47,892 nucleotides of DNA, from assembly GCA_031364845.1 (NCBI GenBank), contig JANLWX010000210.1, positions 1 through 47,892 on the forward strand, read 5' to 3'. A program made the translations under genes and the position numbers. Positions 30,902 to 39,515 of the stretch are shown here, in pieces. This DNA comes from Candidatus Eiseniibacteriota bacterium. Lineage in GTDB: Bacteria > Eisenbacteria > RBG-16-71-46. Below the pieces are notes generated by a model. The model saw only the letters and a list, made by a program, of their open reading frames with translations. It was not told the origin of the DNA and did not search any database. Each line of letters begins with the position of its first letter. Positions within the stretch are counted from its first letter, which is position 1.

Positions 30902-32157
30902 GGGTGCGGCGTTTCCGGCCAGCGCAGGATCCACGCTTCGGCGGATGCGCCGGCCGCGAGTGCCTCCGCCGCTTCGGGCACGATCAGCAGCGCGTGCGCA
31001 CGCGCCTGCGGCGTCAGGTGCCCCGACACCTGTGCCCCGGCGGGCGTCGCCCACCATCCGTCGCCGCGGCGCTCGAGCGTCGCGCGCACGAAATCCGTGC
31101 GACCGGCGCGGGATTCGACCGCGACGGCCGAGCGCACGGCGAGACGCGGTCGGTCGAGGTCCGTGAATCCCTGCAGCGCGCGCAGCGCCGGCCGCACGAT
31201 CGCTTCGAACACGCACGCGACGGAGGCCGGATTGCCGGGGAGCCCGAAGTAGAGCCGGCCGTTCGGAGTGCCGAACGCCTGCGGCTGACCGGGTTTCATC
31301 GCGACGCGCCACCACTCGATGCCGCCGAGGGCCGCGAGACTCTGCTTCACGGGATCGAAGTCGCCCATCGAGATGCCGCCGATCGTGATCGTGACGTCGG
31401 CGATCGCGAACGCCTCACGCATGCGATCGATCACGACTTCGGGGTCGTCGCTCAGGCGCTCGATCCGCGTCACGACGCATCCCGCCTCCTCGAGCAGCAA
31501 CTGCAGCATCGACGTGTTGCTGTCGCGGATGGTGCCGGGCCGCAGTGCTTCGCCGATCTCGAGCAGCTCGTCACCGGTCGAGAGGATCGCGACGGTCGGC
31601 CTGGGGCCGACCGCGATCGCCGGCATTCCGAGGGCGCCGATCAGCCCGAGGTCGTGCGCCGAGAGTTCGCGCCCAGCAGCAAGGACGCGCTCGCCCGCCC
31701 GCACGTCTGCGCCCGCATCGCGCAGGTGCGCGGCGGGCGCCACGGGCCGGGTGAAGCGTGGCGCCGACTCCGCGCCCGAGGCGTCCACGTCCTCGAACGG
31801 CACGACGGCATCGGCGCCCGCCGGCACTTCGGCGCCGGTCATGATCCGCATCGATTCCCCGGCGGCGAGCGGACGCGGCGCGACCTTGCCCGCGGCGACC
31901 ACGCCCACGACCGTGAGCGTGACGGGAGCGGAGGAGGATGCATTCGCGAGATCGGCCGCTCGAACCGCGAAGCCGTCCATCGACGAGTTGCGGAACGGCG
32001 GAAGATCGTGCGGCGCGACGATGTCCTGGCGCAGCGCGCGACCGCGAGCGGCGAGCAGCGGTACGGTTTCCGGGGAAAGCACGCGCACCGCGCCGAGCAC
32101 CTGTGCGCGGGCCTCGGCCCAGCGCAGCGTCCTACGGGCGACGACGATAGACGCCAC
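30898..32157 (-). CDS. moeA: Molybdopterin molybdotransferase
   Basis: PPFRNSSMDGFA, IMTGA, ILSTGDEL, MKPG, GLPGNP. Confidence 0.95.
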   Translation of the reverse strand: MASIVVARRTLRWAEARAQVLGAVRVLSPETVPLLAARGRALRQDIVAPHDLPPFRNSSMDGFAVRAADLANASSSAPVTLTVVGVVAAGKVAPRPLAAGESMRIMTGAEVPAGADAVVPFEDVDASGAESAPRFTRPVAPAAHLRDAGADVRAGERVLAAGRELSAHDLGLIGALGMPAIAVGPRPTVAILSTGDELLEIGEALRPGTIRDSNTSMLQLLLEEAGCVVTRIERLSDDPEVVIDRMREAFAIADVTITIGGISMGDFDPVKQSLAALGGIEWWRVAMKPGQPQAFGTPNGRLYFGLPGNPASVACVFEAIVRPALRALQGFTDLDRPRLAVRSAVAVESRAGRTDFVRATLERRGDGWWATPAGAQVSGHLTPQARAHALLIVPEAAEALAAGASAEAWILRWPETPHP

Positions 32158-32614
32158 TTCGGCCTCCGCGCTTCTCCCACAGCGCGAACTCGCCCATCAC
32201 CATGCCGCGATCGACGGCCTTCAGCATGTCGTAGAGCGTGAGTGCCGCGACCGTGACCGCGGTGAGCGCTTCCATCTCGACGCCGGTGCGCCCGCGCGTC
32301 TTCACGCGTGCCTCGATCGCGATCGAAGAGGTCGCGTCGTCGAACCCGAACTCGAGATCGACCGCTTCGACCGGCACCGGATGGGCGAGCGGGATCAGCT
32401 CGCTGGTGCGCTTCGCGGCCATCACGCCCGCGATGTGGGCGGTGGCGATCACGTTGCCCTTGGGCGCGCGTTCGGAGCGCACGAGTGCCAGCGTGTCGCG
32501 GTGCATGAACACACGGCCGCGCGCGATGGCGACGCGAGCCGTGACGCGCTTGGCCGCGACATCGACCATGCGCACGCGGCCGCGCGCATCGAGGTGGGAG
32601 AGTTTGGGTGCCAT
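32132..32614 (-). CDS. moaC: Cyclic pyranopterin monophosphate synthase
   Basis: MVDV, AAKRTSELIPL, TGVEMEALT, YDMLKAVD, KRGGRSG. Confidence 0.95.
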   Translation of the reverse strand: MAPKLSHLDARGRVRMVDVAAKRVTARVAIARGRVFMHRDTLALVRSERAPKGNVIATAHIAGVMAAKRTSELIPLAHPVPVEAVDLEFGFDDATSSIAIEARVKTRGRTGVEMEALTAVTVAALTLYDMLKAVDRGMVMGEFALWEKRGGRSGVYRRRP

Positions 32615-32756
32615 GGGCGCGAGATTATCCCGGACGCTTCATGGACCGCCAGCCGGAGCCGGCCGTGCGCCGATGTTCCGGGCGCCGGGGCAGAGCTCGG
32701 TTTCCCGCATTCATCATGTTCGCCAAGCCCGACGAATTCCCTCGGACCCCGAATTC

Positions 32757-32785
32757 TTGACACCCGCCGGGCGCGAACCTACTGT
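32757..32785 (+). promoter_or_regulatory. Sigma-70-type promoter
   Basis: TTGACA-17 nt-TACTGT, about 30 nt upstream of ATG 32815. Confidence 0.55.
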
Positions 32786-32814
32786 GCCCCGCGCACCCGA
32801 ACCGGCGCGCCCCC

Positions 32815-33717
32815 ATGTCCTCCCATCGATATCGCCCACCTGTCTCGACCCGCCACGCGTTCGCGCTCGCCTTCGATCTGGCGGTGCGGCGCGATGCCTT
32901 GGTGTCGCTGGTCTTCCCGCTCCTGCTGCAGGCGCCGTGGATCATCGCGCTCGGCGTGCTGCCGCCGCTCGGGGAGGCCGAACGACCGTGGCAGGTGTTC
33001 GCGGTGTGGCTCGCGGCACAGGTCGGCACGTTTGTCGTGTGGCTCATGATCAGCGCGATGCTGCGCTACCGGGCGCGCTCGGTGTTCAATACCGCCGCCG
33101 ACGTGCATCCGCCCTCCGCCGTCGAGTGCTACATGGCCGGCATCAAGCGCGTGCCGTGGCTGCTCGTCACCGAGGTCGTGCGCAATCTTTCGCTGGTGCT
33201 CGCCACGTTCTTCTTCGTGCTGCCGGCGCTGTTCCTCGGATTCCGGTTGTCGTTCGCGACCGAGGCGGTGGTGCTCGACGAACCGCACATGGCAGGCGCG
33301 TTCCAGCGCTCGTTCAAGCTCACCGAAGGCCGCTTCGAGCGCTGGCTCGAGATGATCGCCGTCTCGGTGGCGCTCGTGGTCGCGGCCCTGTTCGTCGGTG
33401 CCGCGCTGTCGATCGTTTTCCCGAAGCCCGGGATCAACGCATGGGTGGCGGTCACGCAGTTGCTGATCGCGGCGATGATGCCGATCGTCCAGTACGCGTG
33501 GACGTTCTTCTACCTGCGCCTGGTCGAGGTCGAGCACGCGATGCCGGGCATCGAAGTCGGTCCTACCTATGCGAGCGCCACGACGGGAACCGCCTCGTGG
33601 ACCACCGCACCCGCGACGGACCATGCCGCGGACGTGCCTGCTCCGGCGCCGTCCGCGATCGCGATGGCCGCGGAGGACCCCGTGACCTCGCCAGCGCCGG
33701 ACGACACCCGCGCCTGA
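32815..33717 (+). CDS. Hypothetical integral membrane protein
   Basis: About 6 TM segments, ...AFQRSFKLTEGR...FFYLRL motif, disordered Pro/Ala tail. Confidence 0.7.
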   Translation: MSSHRYRPPVSTRHAFALAFDLAVRRDALVSLVFPLLLQAPWIIALGVLPPLGEAERPWQVFAVWLAAQVGTFVVWLMISAMLRYRARSVFNTAADVHPPSAVECYMAGIKRVPWLLVTEVVRNLSLVLATFFFVLPALFLGFRLSFATEAVVLDEPHMAGAFQRSFKLTEGRFERWLEMIAVSVALVVAALFVGAALSIVFPKPGINAWVAVTQLLIAAMMPIVQYAWTFFYLRLVEVEHAMPGIEVGPTYASATTGTASWTTAPATDHAADVPAPAPSAIAMAAEDPVTSPAPDDTRA

Positions 33718-33810
33718 CCCGCATTCCGCGCGCGAGTTTGGTCCCTGTATGATGGCGGCGGCCACCGCGGGTCGATCCACGGCGCCGGGAATCGGCCGAT
33801 CGATCGAGGC

Positions 33811-34896
33811 ATGGCACTGAATCCGACATTCGACGCACCCGATTCCGGCCAGCGGAATTCGCCTTCCGGCGAATCGCGCGGACTCGTACAGACGATCGTG
33901 GGCGCGAGCCCCAGGATGCAGCGCATCTTCAAGCTCGTGAGCAAGGTCGCCGTGACCGACAGCACCGTCCTCTTGTTCGGCGAGAGCGGGACTGGCAAGG
34001 AACTCGTCGCGCGCGCGCTCCACGTGCAGTCGCGCCGCGCCCACGGGCGGTTCGTTCCGGTCAATGTCGGCGCGATTCCCGACACGCTGATCGAGAGTGA
34101 ACTGTTCGGGGTCGTGCGCGGCGCGTTCACCGGCGCTTCGGTCGACCGCATGGGGCTGGTCGAGGAAGCCGATCACGGCACGCTGTTCCTCGATGAGATC
34201 GGCGACATGCCGCTCGCGACTCAAGTGAAGCTGCTGCGCACCCTCGAGAACAGCGAAGTCCGCCGGCTCGGCGACAGCACGACGCGCTTGGTCGACGTGC
34301 GCGTGATCGCCGCGACGCATCGCGACCTGCTGGCCGAAGTCGCGGCCGGGAGATTTCGCGCGGACCTCTACTACCGCCTGAACGTCGTGCAGATCGACCT
34401 GCCGCCACTGCGCGAGCGGCGTGAGGACGTCGGGCTGCTCGCCTCGTACTTCCTCGAGCGCATCAGCCGCCGCGGGCAGCGTTCCGGCCTCGAGTTCAGC
34501 GCCGAGGCGGCCGAATTGCTAGAGCGCTACGACTACCCCGGCAACGTGCGCGAGTTGGAGAACGCCGTCGAGCACGCGGTCGCCGTGACCGAAGGCCGCG
34601 TCATCCTGGCGTCCGACCTGCCGGCGTCGTTCCGCACACAGCGGCTGCTTTCGGAACACGTGCCCTCGGGACGCGCGCCTTCTCCGTTCACCGGCCCACC
34701 ACGCGGCAGCGCGGACGGAACCGCCGATCTCGACCGCGGCACCTGGTCGCTCGCCGACGTCGAGCGCGAACACATCGTGCTCGTGCTCGCGCGCCATCGC
34801 GGCAACGCGACCTCCGCCGCGAAACAACTCGGGATCTCGCGCACCACGCTGTGGCGCAAGATGCGCGAGTACGGACTCGACCGTTCGAAGACCTGA
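33811..34896 (+). CDS. Sigma-54-dependent activator (AAA+ plus Fis HTH) with no N-terminal sensor domain
   Basis: GESGTGKE, ESELFG, GAFTGA, LFLDEIG, FRADLYYRL, PGNVREL, LGISRTTLWRK. Confidence 0.93.
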   Translation: MALNPTFDAPDSGQRNSPSGESRGLVQTIVGASPRMQRIFKLVSKVAVTDSTVLLFGESGTGKELVARALHVQSRRAHGRFVPVNVGAIPDTLIESELFGVVRGAFTGASVDRMGLVEEADHGTLFLDEIGDMPLATQVKLLRTLENSEVRRLGDSTTRLVDVRVIAATHRDLLAEVAAGRFRADLYYRLNVVQIDLPPLRERREDVGLLASYFLERISRRGQRSGLEFSAEAAELLERYDYPGNVRELENAVEHAVAVTEGRVILASDLPASFRTQRLLSEHVPSGRAPSPFTGPPRGSADGTADLDRGTWSLADVEREHIVLVLARHRGNATSAAKQLGISRTTLWRKMREYGLDRSKT

Positions 34897-34903
34897 GAGG
34901 ACC

Positions 34904-36145
34904 ATGACCACCGAACGCCGCTACTACGACGATTCGTACACCACGCAGTTCCGCGCACCGATCGTGCGCCGCGGCGAGATCGAGGGCCGCGCGGCCGTGG
35001 AACTCGCGATCACGTATTTCTATCCCGAGAGCGGCGGTCAGGAAGCGGACCGCGGCACGCTCGGACCGTGGAAGGTCGTGGACGTCCAGGCCGCCGAGGA
35101 AGGCAGCGTGTGGCACATGGTGGCCGAAGGCTCGGGCGACGCGCCCGCGAGCGACGCCGGTGAAGAATTCGAAGCCGGCTCCGTGATCGAAGGCCGCATC
35201 GACTGGGCCCGGCGCTTCGATCACATGCAGCAGCACACCGGGCAGCACATTCTGTCGGCGGCGTTCGAGCGCGTGATCGCCGCACCGACCCTCTCATCGA
35301 GCCTCGGACTCGAGCGCGGCACGATCGAAGTCGCGATCGCCGACGTCACGTGGCGCACGCTCGAGCGAATCGAAGAGGCCGCAAACGCGATCGTGTGGCG
35401 CGATCTCGAGATCGCGCGCCACTGGGTGGACGACGAAGGCGTGAAGCGGCTGACGCTGCGCAAGCCGCCGAAAGTGTCGGGAAGAATTCGCATCGTCGAA
35501 ATCCCCGAGTGGGACGTTTCCGCGTGCGGCGGGACGCACACGCTGCGCACCGGCGAAGTCGGCGTCATCAAGATCGTCCGGTGGGAGAAGGTGCGCGGGA
35601 ATCTGCGGTTCGAGTTCCTGTGCGGAGCGCGCGCATTGCGCGACTACGGCTGGCGCACCGAGACGCTGCTCGAAGCCGCGAAGCGGCGCACGTTGAAGGA
35701 CCGCGAGTTGATTGCGCACTTGGAACGCGCGGCCGAGGAGCGCGACGAGCTGAAGAAGCAGGTGAAGGCGTTGAGCGACCGCATCACGACGGCCGAAGCG
35801 GCAGCTGCCGTCGGCGATCCGCCGCGCGCGGTCGTCGAGCATCGTGCCGACTGGCCGCGCGACACCGTGCGTACGTTCGCGGTGCAATGCATTGCGGCCG
35901 GAGCGCCGTGGGTCATCGCCGCATCTAGTGGCCCGGAACCCACGGTGATCGGCGCGCGCTCGAAAGCGGGAACGCTCGATCTGCGCGAAGTGGTACCGGC
36001 GCTGAAGGATGCTTCACGCGGCAAAGGCGGAGGCAGCCCGGACATGATCACGATCGCGGCCGCGGATGCGGCGGGGGCGGCGGATGCGGTTCGGGTGCTG
36101 GAGGGGTGGATCCAGCGGGGGTGGGAGCGTTCTGTTGAGGAGTAG
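34904..36145 (+). CDS. Alanyl-tRNA editing protein (AlaX family) with C-terminal DHHA1-like domain
   Basis: FYPESGGQ, HMQQHTGQH, CGGTH, GKGGG. Confidence 0.88.
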   Translation: MTTERRYYDDSYTTQFRAPIVRRGEIEGRAAVELAITYFYPESGGQEADRGTLGPWKVVDVQAAEEGSVWHMVAEGSGDAPASDAGEEFEAGSVIEGRIDWARRFDHMQQHTGQHILSAAFERVIAAPTLSSSLGLERGTIEVAIADVTWRTLERIEEAANAIVWRDLEIARHWVDDEGVKRLTLRKPPKVSGRIRIVEIPEWDVSACGGTHTLRTGEVGVIKIVRWEKVRGNLRFEFLCGARALRDYGWRTETLLEAAKRRTLKDRELIAHLERAAEERDELKKQVKALSDRITTAEAAAAVGDPPRAVVEHRADWPRDTVRTFAVQCIAAGAPWVIAASSGPEPTVIGARSKAGTLDLREVVPALKDASRGKGGGSPDMITIAAADAAGAADAVRVLEGWIQRGWERSVEE

Positions 36146-36214
36146 CTCGCGCGTTAAGTGCAATGGAAACCGGTCGCTTGCGGCTGTCGATGAAGCCTCA
36201 ACACCCAATTCAAA

Positions 36215-36245
36215 ATCAAGCCTTGAGTTCAGCTCAAGACTTGAT
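36215..36245. promoter_or_regulatory. Tandem palindromic operator candidate upstream of the antitoxin gene
   Basis: ATCAAGCCTTGAG-TTCAG-CTCAAGACTTGAT: 13-bp inverted repeat (1 mismatch) made of two TCAAG-N-CTTGA palindromes. Confidence 0.55.
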
Positions 36246-36340
36246 GTAGTGACGGTCATTCGGTACAAAGCCCAAGGACGGGCGTAGGAGACCAGGGAGG
36301 TGGGTTGGAGTCTGGCGATGGAGAAAGGGGGCACTAACCC

Positions 36341-36826
36341 GTGAGGTGCCTTCAGTGCAGCGCCCAAATGAGGAAAACGAGAGAGAATTTCAAGTACGCG
36401 GCGAGCGGATTGCCCGGCGTCACCTTGATGAACGTTGAGGTGAATCGCTGCCCGGGCTGCGGCGAGTTCGAGGTTTCGATTCCGTACATCGAGCAGCTGC
36501 ACAAACTCATCGCGAGCGAGCTGATAAAAAAGCCGGCACCGTTCACTGCTGTCGAGGTCGTGTTTCTCAGGAAATACCTCGGTTGGTCGGGGATCGATTT
36601 CGCCAAGCGCATCGGCGTCGCTCCCGAGACGGTGTCTCGTTGGGAGCGAGGCAAGGATCAGATGACTGCCCCGGCGGATCGAGCTCTGCGATTGATGGTG
36701 GCAACACGGAAGCCGGAAACGGTCTATGAACTGGATTTCTTCACGAAGATCGCATCCGTGAAGCCCGAGGACATGCGGTTCGGGTTGAAAGCATCGTCGA
36801 AGGATTGGCACCTGGCACCGGTTTGA
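36341..36826 (+). CDS. MqsA-like antitoxin (YgiT-type Zn finger + XRE HTH)
   Basis: CLQC...CPGCGE, then LRKYLGWSGIDFAKRIGVAPETVSRWERG. Confidence 0.85.
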   Translation: MRCLQCSAQMRKTRENFKYAASGLPGVTLMNVEVNRCPGCGEFEVSIPYIEQLHKLIASELIKKPAPFTAVEVVFLRKYLGWSGIDFAKRIGVAPETVSRWERGKDQMTAPADRALRLMVATRKPETVYELDFFTKIASVKPEDMRFGLKASSKDWHLAPV

Positions 36827-36849
36827 GGTAACGAAATCCTTTGGAGGCG

Positions 36850-36988
36850 GACTGTCCGCGCGGACAGTTGGGGCCGTGAGCGACGGCCTTCTAAGGCTTC
36901 GGTCCATCGGACCGATAGCGAACTGTCCCCGCCTATGAAGACGGCCTTCGGTTCCTCGGACGAACAACAACTGTCCGCGAAAACAGTT
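36850..36988. repeat. Intergenic cluster of alternating type-A and type-B palindromes
   Basis: ACTGTCCGCGCGGACAGT 36851-36868; CTTCGGTCC-ATC-GGACCGA 36897-36915; AACTGTCC half-site 36921-36928; degenerate B near 36946-36965; AACTGTCCGCGAAAACAGTT 36969-36988. Confidence 0.8.
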
Positions 36989-37178
36989 CGACGCGGCCCT
37001 CGCAAGAGGACCTCGCCTCTCGTTCGGCGTCGGACGACTTGCCAGTCCGTCACGTTTGAGCTCAACGTATGGTGCAGTTATTGAACTCTGCGATGTGCTC
37101 TGACGCCGTATCCGCCGATGGATATGGAAGGACCTTCCCGCATGCACCCGGCATGCGAAGTCCGCGCGGGGAGAGGTC

Positions 37179-37607
37179 ATGCGCGATGTGATTCGTGACA
37201 CCTGGTTTGCCACGTCTATGTTTGTTGTGGCGATTGTTGGTACAGGGGTAGCACTCGGCTGGATGGACCCATCGGGGGCATGGATTAACGTCGCGATCGT
37301 CATGCTGGTCACGATGCCCACATGGTGGTGGCTGATTGGCCGTCAGAACAACGCACGGCCAGTCCGGGGAGCGTTCGCCGGGGCGCTCTGCGCTGCGCTG
37401 ACCCTTCTTGTGCCTATCGTCTTTACAATCCGGGCCATCATGGTCCACGGCTGGGGGCAAGGCGACGGATTTGTCGGGATTCTGGCGTTTGTCGGCATGT
37501 TGATTGTGGCGATCCCAATCGGCGCTGCCGTCGGCACGATAACCATCCTCCTCCAACGGCGATGGTTCGCCTCGCGTCGTCGGGGAGAGGGAGTGAGGAT
37601 GCGCTAG
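37179..37607 (+). CDS. Hypothetical small membrane protein (about 4 TM)
   Basis: Hydrophobic ORF, GAGAGGT RBS, more T-ending codons than neighbouring genes. Confidence 0.65.
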   Translation: MRDVIRDTWFATSMFVVAIVGTGVALGWMDPSGAWINVAIVMLVTMPTWWWLIGRQNNARPVRGAFAGALCAALTLLVPIVFTIRAIMVHGWGQGDGFVGILAFVGMLIVAIPIGAAVGTITILLQRRWFASRRRGEGVRMR

Positions 37608-37677
37608 GGGCCGGGACGAGGATGAACTCTTCGCGGCCGCGAGGCCCGCTCCGTGAGCGACAAGCGTCGGCTCACAC

Positions 37678-37711
37678 AAAAAACGCGCCCCTCGCGAGAG
37701 GAGCGCGTTTT
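37678..37711. terminator. Intrinsic terminator, probably bidirectional
   Basis: A-tract + CGCGCCCCTC-GCGA-GAGGAGCGCG + TTTT between convergent genes. Confidence 0.75.
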
Positions 37712-37728
37712 CGCAAACTACCGGGCAG

Positions 37729-39261
37729 CTACTTCGATCGATTCCGTGCAGGAGCCGGTGCAGGCTTCGTCCGTCCCGCCGCCGGCCGCGCCGGCCGCTT
37801 CGCCACCGGACGCGTTGCCGGCTTCGTCGCCGTGCGCGCGCCCTTGGGCTGATGCGGGTGCTTCGCGGTCGCGGGACGTGCCGTGCGCGTGGTCTTCGAA
37901 CCGCTGCGCGAACTGCCGGAGCTGGATCCCGATGAACGGCTTCCGCCATTGCGCGACGCACCGGGCGCCGGCGTCGACGCGCGCAGCGTCGATCCGTTCG
38001 CTCCGCCACGATTCACCGTGGCAACCTTTGCCGAGGCCGCATGCAACGCGGCTTCCGGACGCGGGGTCTTGGGCTCGTCGTCGACCAGGCTGCGCAGACT
38101 GCCGGGCACCATGGTGTAGTCGAAGTCCGGCAGCACGACGCGCGGAATCGCGCGGCCGAGGAACTGCTCGATCGCATCGACGTACTTCTGCTCGTCGGGG
38201 CTCATCAGCGTGAACGCGTCACCGACCGGATCGCCGCGGCCGGCGCGGCCCAGGCGGTGCACGTAGTCTTCTGCCGTCTGCGGGACTTCGTAGTTCACGA
38301 CGTGCGCGGTGCCGGCGACGTCCAGGCTGCGCGCCGCCGTGTCGCTGGCGACGAGAATCTGAACGCGCCCGCGACGCAGGTCTTCCAGCGCCTGCTCGCG
38401 ATCGCCCTGGCTCGGATGGTCGTCGAGCACGGCGAGCGCATAGCCGCGCCGCTGGAGCTGCTTCGCAAGACGCTCACCGCCGGTGCGCGAACGCGTGAAC
38501 ACGATGGTGTTGCGCACTTCGGAGCGCGCGAGGATGTCGTCGATCAGATCGGGCCGCAGGTCGCGCGAGACCGGATAAATCGCCTGTGTGATGCCGGCGA
38601 CGGGCTTGCTCACCGGACCCACGTCGACACGCACCGGCTCCACCAGTGCTTCCTTCGCGAGCCGGTTCAGCTCGGGAGGCATGGTCAGCGTGAACAGAAG
38701 CGTCTGGCGGGTTTCGGGCAACAGCTTGAGCAGCTTGCGCAGATCCGGCGCGAGCCCGAGTGCCACCATACGGTCGGCTTCCTCGAGCACCAGGATCTCG
38801 ACGTCGGCGAAGTTGAGGCAGCCGCGCGCGTGCAGCTCGATCAATCGCCCGGGCGTGGCCACGAGGAGATTCACCGACTGCTCCCGCAGCATGCGCTCTT
38901 GAGCCTGAAGCGGAGCGCCGGTGTAGACGACTCCGATGTTGAGCTCGGTGAAACGCGCGAAGTCGCGGGCACGCGTCTCGACGTACGACGCCAACTCGCG
39001 CGTGGGCACGAGGATGATGCCGCGCAGGCGGCTGCTGCGATCCAGGAACCGCGAGAGGATCGGCAGGAGATAGGCGCCCGTCTTCCCGGAACCGCTCTGG
39101 GCGACGCCGATCAGGTCGTTGCCCTGCACGATAATGGGGATGGCTTTGCTCTGAATGGCCGTGGGCTCGGTCAGGCCAGCAGCCCGGATGCCCTTCACAA
39201 TGGGCGTGGGCAGCCCGAACGAGGCGAACGTCACAGACCCCTCCAACGAGATATCGATCAT
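37729..39261 (-). CDS. DEAD-box RNA helicase homolog (RhlE-like) with degenerate catalytic motifs
   Basis: Q motif PTAIQ, AQSGSGKT, PTRELA, TPGRL, EEAD, TLT, ARSLD, HRLGRAGR; basic disordered tail. Confidence 0.88.
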   Translation of the reverse strand: MIDISLEGSVTFASFGLPTPIVKGIRAAGLTEPTAIQSKAIPIIVQGNDLIGVAQSGSGKTGAYLLPILSRFLDRSSRLRGIILVPTRELASYVETRARDFARFTELNIGVVYTGAPLQAQERMLREQSVNLLVATPGRLIELHARGCLNFADVEILVLEEADRMVALGLAPDLRKLLKLLPETRQTLLFTLTMPPELNRLAKEALVEPVRVDVGPVSKPVAGITQAIYPVSRDLRPDLIDDILARSEVRNTIVFTRSRTGGERLAKQLQRRGYALAVLDDHPSQGDREQALEDLRRGRVQILVASDTAARSLDVAGTAHVVNYEVPQTAEDYVHRLGRAGRGDPVGDAFTLMSPDEQKYVDAIEQFLGRAIPRVVLPDFDYTMVPGSLRSLVDDEPKTPRPEAALHAASAKVATVNRGGANGSTLRASTPAPGASRNGGSRSSGSSSGSSRSGSKTTRTARPATAKHPHQPKGARTATKPATRPVAKRPARPAAGRTKPAPAPARNRSK

Positions 39262-39515
39262 GGTCCTCAACCGTTACCGCCCGAACCTGGACCTTTCCCT
39301 GAGTCCACGAGGGGGGCGGCAGCCACACAGAGTAGGGGGATGGAAGCCTCCGGGCAACGACTAACACAACGGAGGCCAAAAAAAATCCAAATCCAATACA
39401 TTCTTGTAGATGGACGCTGAACAACGTCGCACGTTCAGAGGTTGTCAATCGACGGAATCTCGCCTCATCGGCGCGAGAACGTGCTTGTTATCGGGGGAAT
39501 TCGCGCTGTTCTCGG

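Noticed and set aside
32132..32157. 26-bp moaC/moeA overlap
   Set aside because: Short overlaps are common in operons and the moeA start may lie slightly downstream
36850..36988. Repeat cluster as a CRISPR array
   Set aside because: Two alternating short palindrome types, irregular spacing, no constant repeat with unique spacers, and no cas genes in the window
36724..37065. Minus-strand 113-aa ORF over the repeat cluster as a real gene
   Set aside because: Overlaps the antitoxin 3' end, has no clear RBS, and resembles the HNH linker only at the palindromes
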